Origin: Octopus bimaculoides
Taxonomy: Eukaryota
Assembly: GCF_001194135.2 (NCBI RefSeq)
Contig: NC_068985.1
Location: 75,388,537 to 75,421,367 of the forward strand
Direction of reading: 5' to 3'
Length of the DNA: 32,831 nucleotides
Shown in pieces: positions 22,951 through 32,831 of this stretch. A model generated the notes under the pieces. It saw nothing but the letters and a program-made list of their open reading frames with translations. It was not told the DNA's origin and did not search any database. The translations under genes were made by a program, and so were the position numbers. Every line of letters starts with the position of its first letter. The first letter of the stretch is position 1.

Positions 22951-23984
22951 TAGCTCCGCGCAATTTCTTGTTAGAACAGAATTTAATAATTCTGGCTTCA
23001 TTTTGTAAGTGATTATAGATTTTCTTTTTCTCCATATCGTTATGAATTGGAAGCAATCGCAGAAGATTTCAGCTCTCCGAGTAATTTGCCTTTCTTAACA
23101 GGTTTTGTTAGTCTTTCAGGAGAGATGAGTAATCCTCTGTCGCTATTCTTTTACCCTTTCAGAATTTAAAATATCTTTAGTATTTAAAATGTCTTTAGTA
23201 ATACATGCAGTTGAAATCATCGGTTGTTTACAATATGATAATAAAATTTTCTTGAGATTTTAACATTGAAATGTCATCCACGTTCGATGCAAATGAAGTA
23301 TTTTGTAGAATCATAGGTACTCGCAAGTCTCACTCAAAACTGTAATCCAAATGCAAGCAGTAGGGTTCAATCGATTAATATGTCGCAGGTTGGTGTTCAA
23401 AATATTTTAATATAATAAAAAACTTCTGAATATTTGAAGAACAGGTTTTCTCCGTTTTCTAATGTAAATCTAAAACTCATATTTCATATAAGATGCATTA
23501 TTTTCGTGTAATCCTTGGATACAAGGTCGCTTTTTAACGCTTCTACAATGACTCACATCTAAATCGGATGAAAAACACTTTAACGCTAGGTGTCAAAAAG
23601 TCGTTCAATTTACTGTCTTATCACTGTTTAAAGCAGGTAATCGTTCTGCGTTAACAGAGATGAGTTATTTCAGTGTAAGTACTGTTACTTGGCCTATACA
23701 GACATATGGCTGTTTGATTATTTTAGAAAGCATTAGATATGAAAGCTGAATCAGTAAAGATTGTATATTGAATGATTTTACTAATATGTAATACGAATGC
23801 TAAGCCACTTGCTGTCCTCTTCGTAGGCGCTTGAACTGTTCGAAATAGCAACCAAATGTCCCTAAACCACAAGCTACATGTTTGGAAACGTAGATGAGAT
23901 TAGCACATGTGGAACTGCTAAATCAGGTTTGGTTTGAATGCTAAATAATGAACAACAAATACTAAGGAAATAATTCATAAAAAG

Positions 23985-24190
23985 TTCGCCGATATGCAGT
24001 TCCAAGTTCAGTCTCACTGTGTGGCATCTTTCGTAAGTATCTTCTGCTACAACCCTGGCTGACCAAGGCCATTTGAGTGAATTTACTATACATAAACTAT
24101 GAGGAAGCCCTTTGTATACGTATGTATAAATATACTCACAAACATACATATAAATTTATGTTTGTGTGTACATGTGTGTGTTTATGTATG
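23985..24190 (+). mobile_element. SINE family 2
   Basis: GTTCAGTCTCACTGTGTGGCATCTT...CTTCTGCTACAACCCTGGCTGACCAAGGCC..TGAGTGAATTT...GAAGCCC followed by a TA/TG-rich tail. Confidence 0.65.
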
Positions 24191-25102
24191 TTTATGGACA
24201 TCTTTATTTTTCAATAGTTGACAAAAGTCAGGATTTTACGTCATAATATTGAAAGTTCTGCAAAAAGAAACCACTAGAATAAGTATCAGAATAAGTACTA
24301 AGATCTATTTGACCACTAAATACTTCAATGTGATGCCTCAGTGTGGCCAGAGTTCAATAGCAGAAGCAAGTAAAAAAAAAAGGAGTGAAATGATTCTTTA
24401 TATTAGTCATTTTCAACTGCCTGTTGATATTCATCCGTTTTACGTTTGCTTCTGCTGGTAACTACGAAATAATTATAAGTAATACATGACACTCGATGAA
24501 CTGACTATACACAGATGCTTACAAATTATTGATTTTGTACCTATGTTATGAGTCACTAATAGATTTAATATGATTTCATGACATGTGAGTCATAGACAGG
24601 GTAGAGTAATAAAAGAATGTTTTCGATACGTCATTTTACGTTGCCAATCCAAATTTTCATGGGATCGATATTCCCTTTCATTCTTCCAGGACGTAAGCTT
24701 AATAATAAATATTCAAAACCTTTGGATGATTAAAATGCCTATACACTGCCAAGAACATATGGGGCCTTCTGCGTAAATTAGAAGACATTATTAGAAGACA
24801 TTATAATTTATTATCATATGAAGGATTGGATATAAAAGCGATAAAGTACATATTTTGTTATTTTTCTACGAATCAAAATAATGATTGAGTTGAGTTTTCC
24901 TTTCAATCTTACGTATTCGATAAAATAAGACCCAATCAAATATTACAATCAATGTAATGATTAGCGATTAAATTTCGGAATTCGAAGAAATGCATGAAGG
25001 TAGCTAGATTATTTTCAGAATACTCCATAAAGCGTTATGTATTTTCAAGGTGAGCACGAAAGTTCAAATTTAACAACTGTTATGTGAGTATGCCTTAATA
25101 TT

Positions 25103-25270
25103 TACACATTCTTTATTTTCTCCCGTTGTTTCGTACTGTTTCTTTCTGTGGAAGAGCGTAGGCTCGAAACGTTAAAGACTTTTTCATTTACCGAGCGTTA
25201 AACTCATACATCTGTTTGTTGTCTGCACCACCTGTCTTCGTCTATTTTTTTGTGAATTCTTCCCTTAATA
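25103..25270 (+). mobile_element. Penelope-like element terminal remnant with degenerate minimal hammerhead
   Basis: TCTTT-CTGTGGAA-GAGC(GTAG)GCTC-GAAAC-GTT-AAAGA at 25141-25178. The GCTCGAAACGTT motif is typical of PLE pseudo-LTRs. Confidence 0.55.
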
Positions 25271-26775
25271 TTTACAGGCCTTAATATGAATATTTCCTAG
25301 AATGTATCTACGCTTATCCTCAACGGTAATTTAATATCTTATGAATGCAATTGTGTATCAGTGAACTTGAACTAATTTCGATTTGGCTGATCACTATTTA
25401 ACTGGTATAAGATTCCAAGTTCAACTGCTTAGTTAGATATGAGCTTTATAGTCCGTATCTTCACAACTTCATAATAATATGGTATTCCTATGTTGATAAT
25501 AACATAGGAATTCATTTAATTCATGAAAATGGTGTATAGTTTATGTTATATGCGGGATTTCATACATGCTAACTTTAGCATTGTTCTTTCCTAAGACAAG
25601 CTGATATTTATATCAACGCCACAAGAATTTTCTTTGCAGTGTTGACATTAAGTAACTGGACTTTGTAGAATAACTTTAGCATGTTTTCTCAAATTATATC
25701 CCAATATGTGTTGCATTGTTTCGAACAATACAACATACATAGGACATCTATTATTTATATTACAGGATTTGTGGATATTCATTTCATTATATGTTGTGGT
25801 GATGGTCTATTCTTTTATCGCAGATACATTGCTTCTGTTGCCCCATTCAGAATGAATTTGTTGAACCAAGCTAAAGATATTGCTTTATTTATGTATATGG
25901 AATGCAGTTCAAAGAAGTATAAGCAATATTCGGTTTGTCTTTATGGTTATTCACCACTGTCGATTTATATGCCACCAGTATATCTATTTTCGGTATTGCT
26001 TTAGCTTTAGACTTCAGATTTTTCAATCTGATCCAATTTCGTATGAGAATTATTTTTGCTGTGGATATAATCGATTTCCTACCATATTTACGGCCATAGT
26101 TAACAAAAGCACGCACCAAGATATTTTAATGGGAAAGTCGTGAGCAATATTAACAACTGCCTTCTTAATCTTACACCTGATATTCAATAACCCCTTACCA
26201 CTTCTTTAAAGGGGCGTATAGTCATTGTGTTTCAGTATGGGGTGTTCTTTTATTCGATTTCTCATTTTATGATCTATAGAATCTATGTTTATGTTTCATT
26301 CTCTTATTACAAGAGTTACATGTTATAGATGATACTGAAAATGCGTTAATAGCACGTAGTTTTATTCCTAGTGTGATAAGTCATTTTTTTATTTTAATAA
26401 TTAGACTGAATATTATTTTTCATTCTTGTTATTACAACTTTCATATACATGCATACTGTTTTAATCGCATCAATATTCAAGAATTTGTATATCGCAGATT
26501 TTCTCATCATCTGTATGATATTCTCTCCCAGGATTTCTAAATCTGCATAACTTTTCGAATTTTTATTTATTTATTTTTTACTTACTTTCCAGTTTTTGAG
26601 GATTTTTTTCAGCCCAGAGAACATATTAATATGAGGGTATCCACAAAAATTAGTTTTGTCCTCCTCCTCTGTATATAAAACCGTAAAGTAGATTATTTTA
26701 TATACAACTCAAAAATAACAAGCATAAAAGGAAATGAAGATAACAGGTAGAGGAATTAACACTAATAACAGAAAC

Positions 26776-26776
26776 G

Positions 26777-26810
<34 letters not shown>

Positions 26811-26880
26811 ACACACATACACACACACATACACACACACACATACACACATACACACACACACATACACGCACACGCAC
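26776..26880. repeat. (AC)n/(ACACAT)n microsatellite
   Basis: Direct reading. Confidence 0.95.
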
Positions 26881-27484
26881 TACCGCTACGAAGACATGTC
26901 AACCCAAAGAGTAGACGAACAGGCGAAGGGAGATCAATCCCTACATCGGAAGAAACCAAAACTGAGAAATCTATTCCCCTCGCAGAAGATTTAAATCTCA
27001 CAGTAATGAGAACATCTATGCTAAATAGATAGATTTCCAAAGAGAAAACGAAATCGTAAAGTTGCTGGTTCATGAACAAAAGGGTATAGATCGCACATGC
27101 AAACTATGTTGCAGTCATATCCAAATTGTATCCAAGTCTTAACTAGGACTCAGTGCAGAAGAATACGAATAGCTGGCGAGCAGACATATGGTAATATCAT
27201 TTAGCTCATAGGATCGTGTTGATAGAGTAACTCTAAATGTTTTTTTAATGATATTTTTATATCATTTTTAATTACTGCACGCTTTTATATAATTGTATGT
27301 TTTATTCTGCGTTTAATTCATATCAATTATTTTCACATCTCTTTATATAGTAAATTTTATTATATCTTTAAACTTTCCCTGATTTTTATAAAATTTTGCC
27401 CATCCCAGTTTATTTTACAACTTTGTGGATAACATTATTATGTATGCATGAAAAATCGCTGGTAGCAGTTATAAAAAAGATTAA

Positions 27485-27875
27485 ACCGGTGAGCTGGCAA
27501 AATCGTTAGCACGCCGAGCGAAATGCTTAGTGGCATTTCGTCACTTTTTACTTTCTGAGTTGAAATTCCACCGATGTCGATTTTGTCTTTCATCTTTAAG
27601 AGGATCGATAAACAAATATACTAGTTGTACCAAAATTTAAAAGCATTGGTGTTACTATTGTTAAGACGGCGAGCTAGCAAAATTTTAGCACGCCGGGCAA
27701 AATGTTTGGCTGTATTTCGTCCGTCTTTATTATCCAAGTTCAAATTCTCCCGAGGTCGGGTGTGCATTTCATAATTTTAGAGTCTATAAAATAAGTACTG
27801 GGAAGTCGATGTAATCGACTTAAACCCTTCCAGAAGTTGCTGGCTTTGTGACTAAAATTTGAAACCGTTATTATT
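27485..27875 (+). mobile_element. Two tandem SINE family 1 copies (about 27485-27650 and 27664-27875)
   Basis: Both begin G(T/C)GAGCT(G/A)GCAAAAT..TTAGCACGCCG; the second ends GAAACCGTTATTATT. Confidence 0.8.
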
Positions 27876-28455
27876 GCTGTTGCTGCCTCTGCTGTTGTTA
27901 CTTCTACTGTTATGGTTATGGTGGTTTGAAAACGACTTCTAAATGGAGAGGTGGGAATTTTTTCTCCGTTTTAGGGAAAAACAAGATTTTAATCTGTGTA
28001 GAAAAATACTTTTCTATCACTTGTAAGAAAAAATTGCTTTCGCACTTAAAATCATCCCCAAAATATTAGAACGTAAACAGATATACTTTTGCAGACAGTA
28101 ATATGAAGAAAATTCAATTCTCAGCAAAAGACGTATATTTCACAAAAAGAAGCAAGTAATGAATATCTGGCAGCAATTATTGTTTTCAACAATTTAAACT
28201 ACACGAATTTCGATAACAACAGCAGCAATAACACATGCACATTTTTTCCAAGCAAAGTAATGAATGAAGATTTCTAATTAAATAACAAGTAAAACGTTCT
28301 AGCTTTTCTTCTCGAGCTGCAGCAACCTCAAACAGAGATGTCCTCAATATGAATTATGTGGTGGAGAAAAATCTTCCTGGAAGAGCTGTGTGACAAGGGA
28401 ATGCATCTTTACATCAACACCTTATATCGTACCGAAAAATATGTAAACAACTTAC

Positions 28456-28551
28456 CTCTGCATCTTAAAAACCATAGGAGATTTCTCGTGCCTCCGAAAG
28501 GCTTATACCAGGCAGTCCTAGCCGATGTGTGGAATAACACATCTTTCATAT
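28456..28551 (-). other. Candidate 96-nt internal exon (phase 1/1) of an unidentified transcript
   Basis: Acceptor TTTCCACAAG, donor CAGAG|GTAAGT. Single open frame (D)MKDVLFHTSARTAWYKPFGGTRNLLWFLRCR. No recognised homology. Confidence 0.3.
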
Positions 28552-29096
28552 CTTGTGGAAATATATGCACAATATGACAAAAAGGAGGACGAGGCAAAAA
28601 TATGACCAATCTGATACGTCAGACACCTGTCCAGAGGTTCTTGCCACAATACTTGGAATGGCGCAACACAGGGGTTACAATAAAAGTTATTAGGGATGAC
28701 ATTGTCCCCTGGTTCGTTGTCACTTTTGTAACAAAGCACTGATACGAGTTAAATGCAGGCTTAACCAAAACCGACATATTTGCTAAGTGAAGTCTATATT
28801 GTAACATAATTGCTGCTGAAGACTATGAAACCATTCTGGTGCTGTGCTCGTTGTGGATACAAGACAGAAAACCCTGACGCTATACTCGTGATATTAATAT
28901 TCACTTGAAATCTTTCTATTCTAAATATCTCGAATAGGATGGCTGGAAGATTCAAGTCATACTTAATGCCACACTTGACAAACAATAAATAGAAAACCAG
29001 GAAACCGAAAAACCTATTTCAAGTAATACATTACACATCAAAATCCAGTTTCCAGAGCACCGCCAGCTATAACTGTGGAAGTAGCAGATTAAATAC

Positions 29097-29257
29097 CTTT
29101 ATGTTTAATATTGGAAACATGAGGTCGTTGTTCAAGGCAAGCATCAGTATGAGTAATGTTATCAGGAAAGTAGTGAGGCGGCGGCTGATGAGTGAGTTTG
29201 TCAACAATCCATGGTGACGTAATATGAAGAGAGTGAAAGACATAGATCTACTACGCT
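29097..29257 (-). other. Candidate exon of an unidentified transcript
   Basis: Long pyrimidine tract TTTTCTTTCCTCAAATTTTGCTTCTTTGAATAG and donor AAG|GTATTT. Locally higher GC and two long open frames. Confidence 0.28.
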
Positions 29258-29291
29258 CTATTCAAAGAAGCAAAATTTGAGGAAAGAAAAT

Positions 29292-29342
29292 AACCACCAC
29301 CACTATAACAACAACAATAATAATACTAATACTATTTCTACA

Positions 29343-29376
<34 letters not shown>

Positions 29377-29432
29377 ATAATAATAATAATAATAATAATA
29401 ATAGCAATAATAATAATAATAATAATAATAGC

Positions 29433-29466
<34 letters not shown>

Positions 29467-29468
29467 GC

Positions 29469-29512
<44 letters not shown>

Positions 29513-29523
29513 CAACAACAACA
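29292..29523. repeat. Compound trinucleotide microsatellite (AAC/AAT/ACT/AAT with AGC interruptions)
   Basis: Direct reading; gives poly-N, poly-I and poly-L pseudo-ORFs. Confidence 0.95.
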
Positions 29524-29745
29524 CAATGGTTCCAAACATTAACACATGGCAGCAAGTTCGAGAGGGGGTTAAGTCGATTACATTGACACCAGTACACCAC
29601 TAGTGCCTACTTTATTAAAACCGAAACGCTGAAAGGCAAAGTCAACCTCAGTGAAGTTTGAAACCAGAACGTAAACACAGACGAAATGCCACTAAGCATT
29701 GAATTTCTACCTGCTAACCCGAAACACAGCGGTCAGTCCTGCCAG
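29524..29745 (-). mobile_element. SINE family 1 whose 3' tail runs into a long (AAT/AAC/ACT)n tract
   Basis: TAAGTCGATTACATTGACACCAGTAC...AAAGGCAAAGTCAACCTC..TTTGAAACCAGAACGTAAACACAGACGAAATGCCACTAAGCATT. Confidence 0.8.
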
Positions 29746-30014
29746 AAAGGTATGTCAATCAACTGTGGCTGAAGCCAAACCTAAGGAGAAGCCGCATTGT
29801 TTCTTTCAATGTATCAATACAAGCAATAACAAAGATAACAACAACAAGCTCCAAAAGAAAACAATTAACCAAACTAACATCAGCAGCATCAATGACAACA
29901 ACAATGACAGCGACAGCAACAACAATGATGAAGACGATGATATCAGCAAAAGCAACAATAGTGAATTCAAAACAATCTCACAACCAGGACTGTCGTTTGC
30001 TACTGCAAAGCAAA

Positions 30015-30350
30015 TGTTGGTTAATATACTGTTGGAATACAACACTGACTTCAGCTTGAGGAACCGGCACTGCTTAGCCAGGCCGGATTTGATCGTATTC
30101 CCCAGCAAGAAAAATATAAAATCAAAAAAGATGCTCATCTATAAATGTATCGAGAAAAATAGAAGAGTCAAAAACCTAACATAAGCTCAAGCTGAGAAAT
30201 ACTGACGGAGGTGCAGGAAACAGTATGGCGTCTCAGAATAGGAAAACAATTTGGAACAATAGAAGTCCTCTACCTACACGAGAAGTTATAAAAACAGCCA
30301 CGGCTATGTGTTCCTGTGAGAAATATGTCTTCATACTTTTCTCTTTAATA
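30015..30350 (+). mobile_element. Old RLE-type LINE C-terminal relic
   Basis: NILLEYNTDFSLRNRHCLARPDLIVFPSKK resembles KILWDFxIQTDxxIxARRPDLVV (PD at 30083-88), followed by an EKY motif. Highly diverged. Confidence 0.4.
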
Positions 30351-30469
30351 AAAAGTTTGTGCAAGATGACTGTCGTCATCTCATTTCAAAGAGATCTATG
30401 TTATCAGTAATCAAATGTTTTACTATATCTGTAAAAATTAGAATTCAAATGTGAAGTGTAATCTGGAAG

Positions 30470-30960
30470 TTGATTTTAAATTTGAAAAGTGTCTGTAAAA
30501 ATAAGAACATTAATCTACAAATCCATACAACAGTTAATTATCTAATAACAAGGAAAAAGTCATTCATGAAAATAAGTGAAAGTTTCAAGTAAACACTCAC
30601 GAAAATTTTTAAGACACAACCATAACTAAGCCAACGAACACAAAGAAATCATTTGTAACCAGATTACATCTAATTCGGTAGATATTTTAGTTGTTGCTGT
30701 TTTTTTTTTTTTTGTTTTTCGTTTTTTCAAATACGAGCAGATATTGAACTACAATGCTTACAATTTTAATCATATCTTCAGGTAACTTCATGTCAGATTT
30801 TATACTCAACTCCTAACTCCAACATATTTTGCCAACAAATTTGCAAAACAAAACATGTTTCTCTATTAGACATACTGTGTGCACCATCGGTTGTGACCAA
30901 AACTATTTTTGAAAAGTCAATGTGTTGATTAGATAAATCGTTTACTACTATCTTACATAT
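30470..30960 (-). mobile_element. hAT transposase remnant (Charlie/Buster/GTF2IRD2-like), heavily decayed
   Basis: Ordered motifs on the minus strand: IDFSKIVLVTTDGAHSM (TTDGA at 30894-30880), CVRWLSYGCVLKIF (VRWLS at 30639-30625), WICRLMF(L/T)D (30525-30505). Order and approximate spacing match hAT transposases. Confidence 0.75.
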
Positions 30961-32430
30961 TTCTAGCTTTGTGAATATCAGTAACAATAATATAGTACAC
31001 AACAGGAAAACATGAAATTCCTAATCACACATTCCAGTATTATGTTTTCTTGTTTCATAGGTTTCAACCACTGACAAAGTAATCAGATTCCTATAAAGGA
31101 TAGATATTTGGACTGATTGTATTAACCGTGTTTTCCTTAAAACATCTATCGCGATAGTGTTATTATTGTTTGTAGTTGTAATAACATTGTAATTGATATG
31201 CTCGTTTTCTTTTTTTTTTTCCATTTTCTATGCTGCTAATTTTCTTCTATTTTTTCTTTTAATGTTCAGGAGAAGTATTCATACATCTAGAACTATATTG
31301 GACACTTCTTTAGTTAAACTGTATTTGAAAGACATTTGGTAGCAAGTCGATCAGCCAACTAAAGGCTTCCATGCAACCTTTATTGTTCTTACTGCTTTTA
31401 TTGTTTGAATGGACATGGCTGTTTATGCTATATCATTCGCAAAACATTTATTCATAACCTCCAGGTAATTATCTAATGTCTCTCGAACATTTCGTTTTAT
31501 TTTTATTTTTTAATGCTCGACCAAGATATTAAGAAGTTTGAGTGTGTCGTCAAGTATATAATGTTTATATACTTTATTACGTTTATAAAATATGTAATGT
31601 TTACATTATATAAAATGATTGCACACTAACGTGCACAATGTCTATTGAACTAAATCAATATAAACAGTGAACCAAATACCATTTCCTTTGAGTTTAGCTT
31701 TCGACGAAATCGAGCAGAAATAAATAAATATCATGAAATCTCTTAGAAAATTCAGCAAAACTTAAAGAATCTTTCATAGACTTTATCACATTTAAATCAA
31801 ATAACTTGAAATTTCGAAACTAAAAATATATATATTATAAATCTCCTCTTAGATTCATATTAGATATTTAATGATTCGTATGTTATGTCAGTAGCTATAC
31901 ACACTCATGTACAAAACGTAACAAGTACGCTGACTTCCAAGCATACAATATACGTGCGTGCACACACAGAAACACACTCATATATATTTCTATATATGTA
32001 TTTATTTATATTTACACGTATATCAGTATAGAGATAATGATGCAAGTAAAGAAATAAACACGCTTGGGCTTGATATATAAAATCTACATACGTATATACA
32101 CGTAAATAAATATATAGGGATATAGAGAGAGATAAACAAGTGCTAAAATTATTCATGATTAATATGCATATAGATATTTTAAAGTTACAAAACAGATTTA
32201 CATGGAATACAAGGAAAATAAAGGGAGACAGCACGGTATGTCTGCTACTGGGGATTCGGAATTACGAAATAGCTGTAATGTCGGTAGTTGGAGTCTGCAA
32301 AACATCAAAGATATGCAGCCTGTGGTGGGTGCATATAAACATTACCGTAAATCTTGCCACCGTCTTCAGAGTGTAGAGATTGGCTCGGGAGATTGGTGGA
32401 GAGGTGTCCACTATTGGTTGCATACTCTTG

Positions 32431-32483
32431 ACTGTTTTGCAACATTACAACTATTACTGTTTTGCCAACATTACAACTATTAC
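32431..32483. repeat. Tandem duplication, about 25 bp x 2
   Basis: ACTGTTTTGC(C)AACATTACAACTATT twice. Confidence 0.85.
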
Positions 32484-32644
32484 GTAATTCTGAGTCCCCA
32501 AATCAGCTGTCGAACTGAAATACCAAGCCCTCTCTCCTGATTTATGTGTATTACTTGTACTCCGTGTAAATCTGTTCTGTATTTATATAAATATCTATAT
32601 GCTTATACATGAATGTTCATCTTCCGGATATTTACAGTTTTTGT

Positions 32645-32698
32645 TTCTCTCTCTTTCTCCCTCTCTCTCTCCCTCTCTCCCTCTCTCTCTCTCTCTTT

Positions 32699-32752
<54 letters not shown>
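32645..32752. repeat. (CT)n-(AC)n-(AT)n compound microsatellite
   Basis: Direct reading. Confidence 0.95.
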
Positions 32753-32754
<2 letters not shown>

Positions 32755-32831
32755 CCGAGGTTTCAAATTTGTATATTTAAACGGATAGAGACTTCGAACT
32801 CGACAGATTTATATTCCATTTGTTCAATTAT

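Noticed and set aside
25770-26140. Hydrophobic frames faintly resembling a GPCR pseudogene (LWIFISLYVVVMVYSFIADTLLLL; TTVDLYATSISIFGIALALD)
   Set aside because: No intact GN, LAxxD or DRY motifs, and several stops and frame changes are needed; AT-rich DNA gives such frames by chance. A profile search would be needed.
29262-29603. Poly-Asn, poly-Ile and poly-Leu ORFs
   Set aside because: Translations of the (AAT)n tract plus SINE sequence.
32202-32540. 112-aa plus-strand ORF
   Set aside because: No recognisable domain; contains a local tandem duplication; length within chance expectation.

Overview
AT-rich eukaryotic genomic DNA from a scaffold-level assembly with three N gaps. The SINE families, microsatellite load and LINE content match my recollection of octopus (coleoid cephalopod) genomes; this is recognition only, not a database hit. 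No intact, recognisable protein-coding gene is present, and nearly all ORF-track entries are microsatellite, gap or antisense artefacts. The window is mostly transposon debris: about 15 SINE copies in three families; a stack of three non-LTR retrotransposon fragments (one L1/Tx1-like, two R4/Dong-like with restriction-like endonuclease) piled into (TAA)n tracts at 6.5-11.15 kb; and mariner, hAT and Penelope-like remnants. The stand-out signal is non-coding. A 335-bp foldback element (17527-17861, 89-bp inverted arms, 82/89 matching) carries at its centre a type I hammerhead ribozyme with an intact catalytic core (CUGAUGA...GAAA...GUC, predicted cleavage after 17685). Its minimal stem III is self-complementary and dimer-competent, so the element resembles an opened rod-like retrozyme/viroid-like RNA. 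A second, degenerate minimal hammerhead lies in a Penelope-like remnant at 25141-25178. Several minus-strand candidate exons have good splice signals but cannot be assigned to a known gene.
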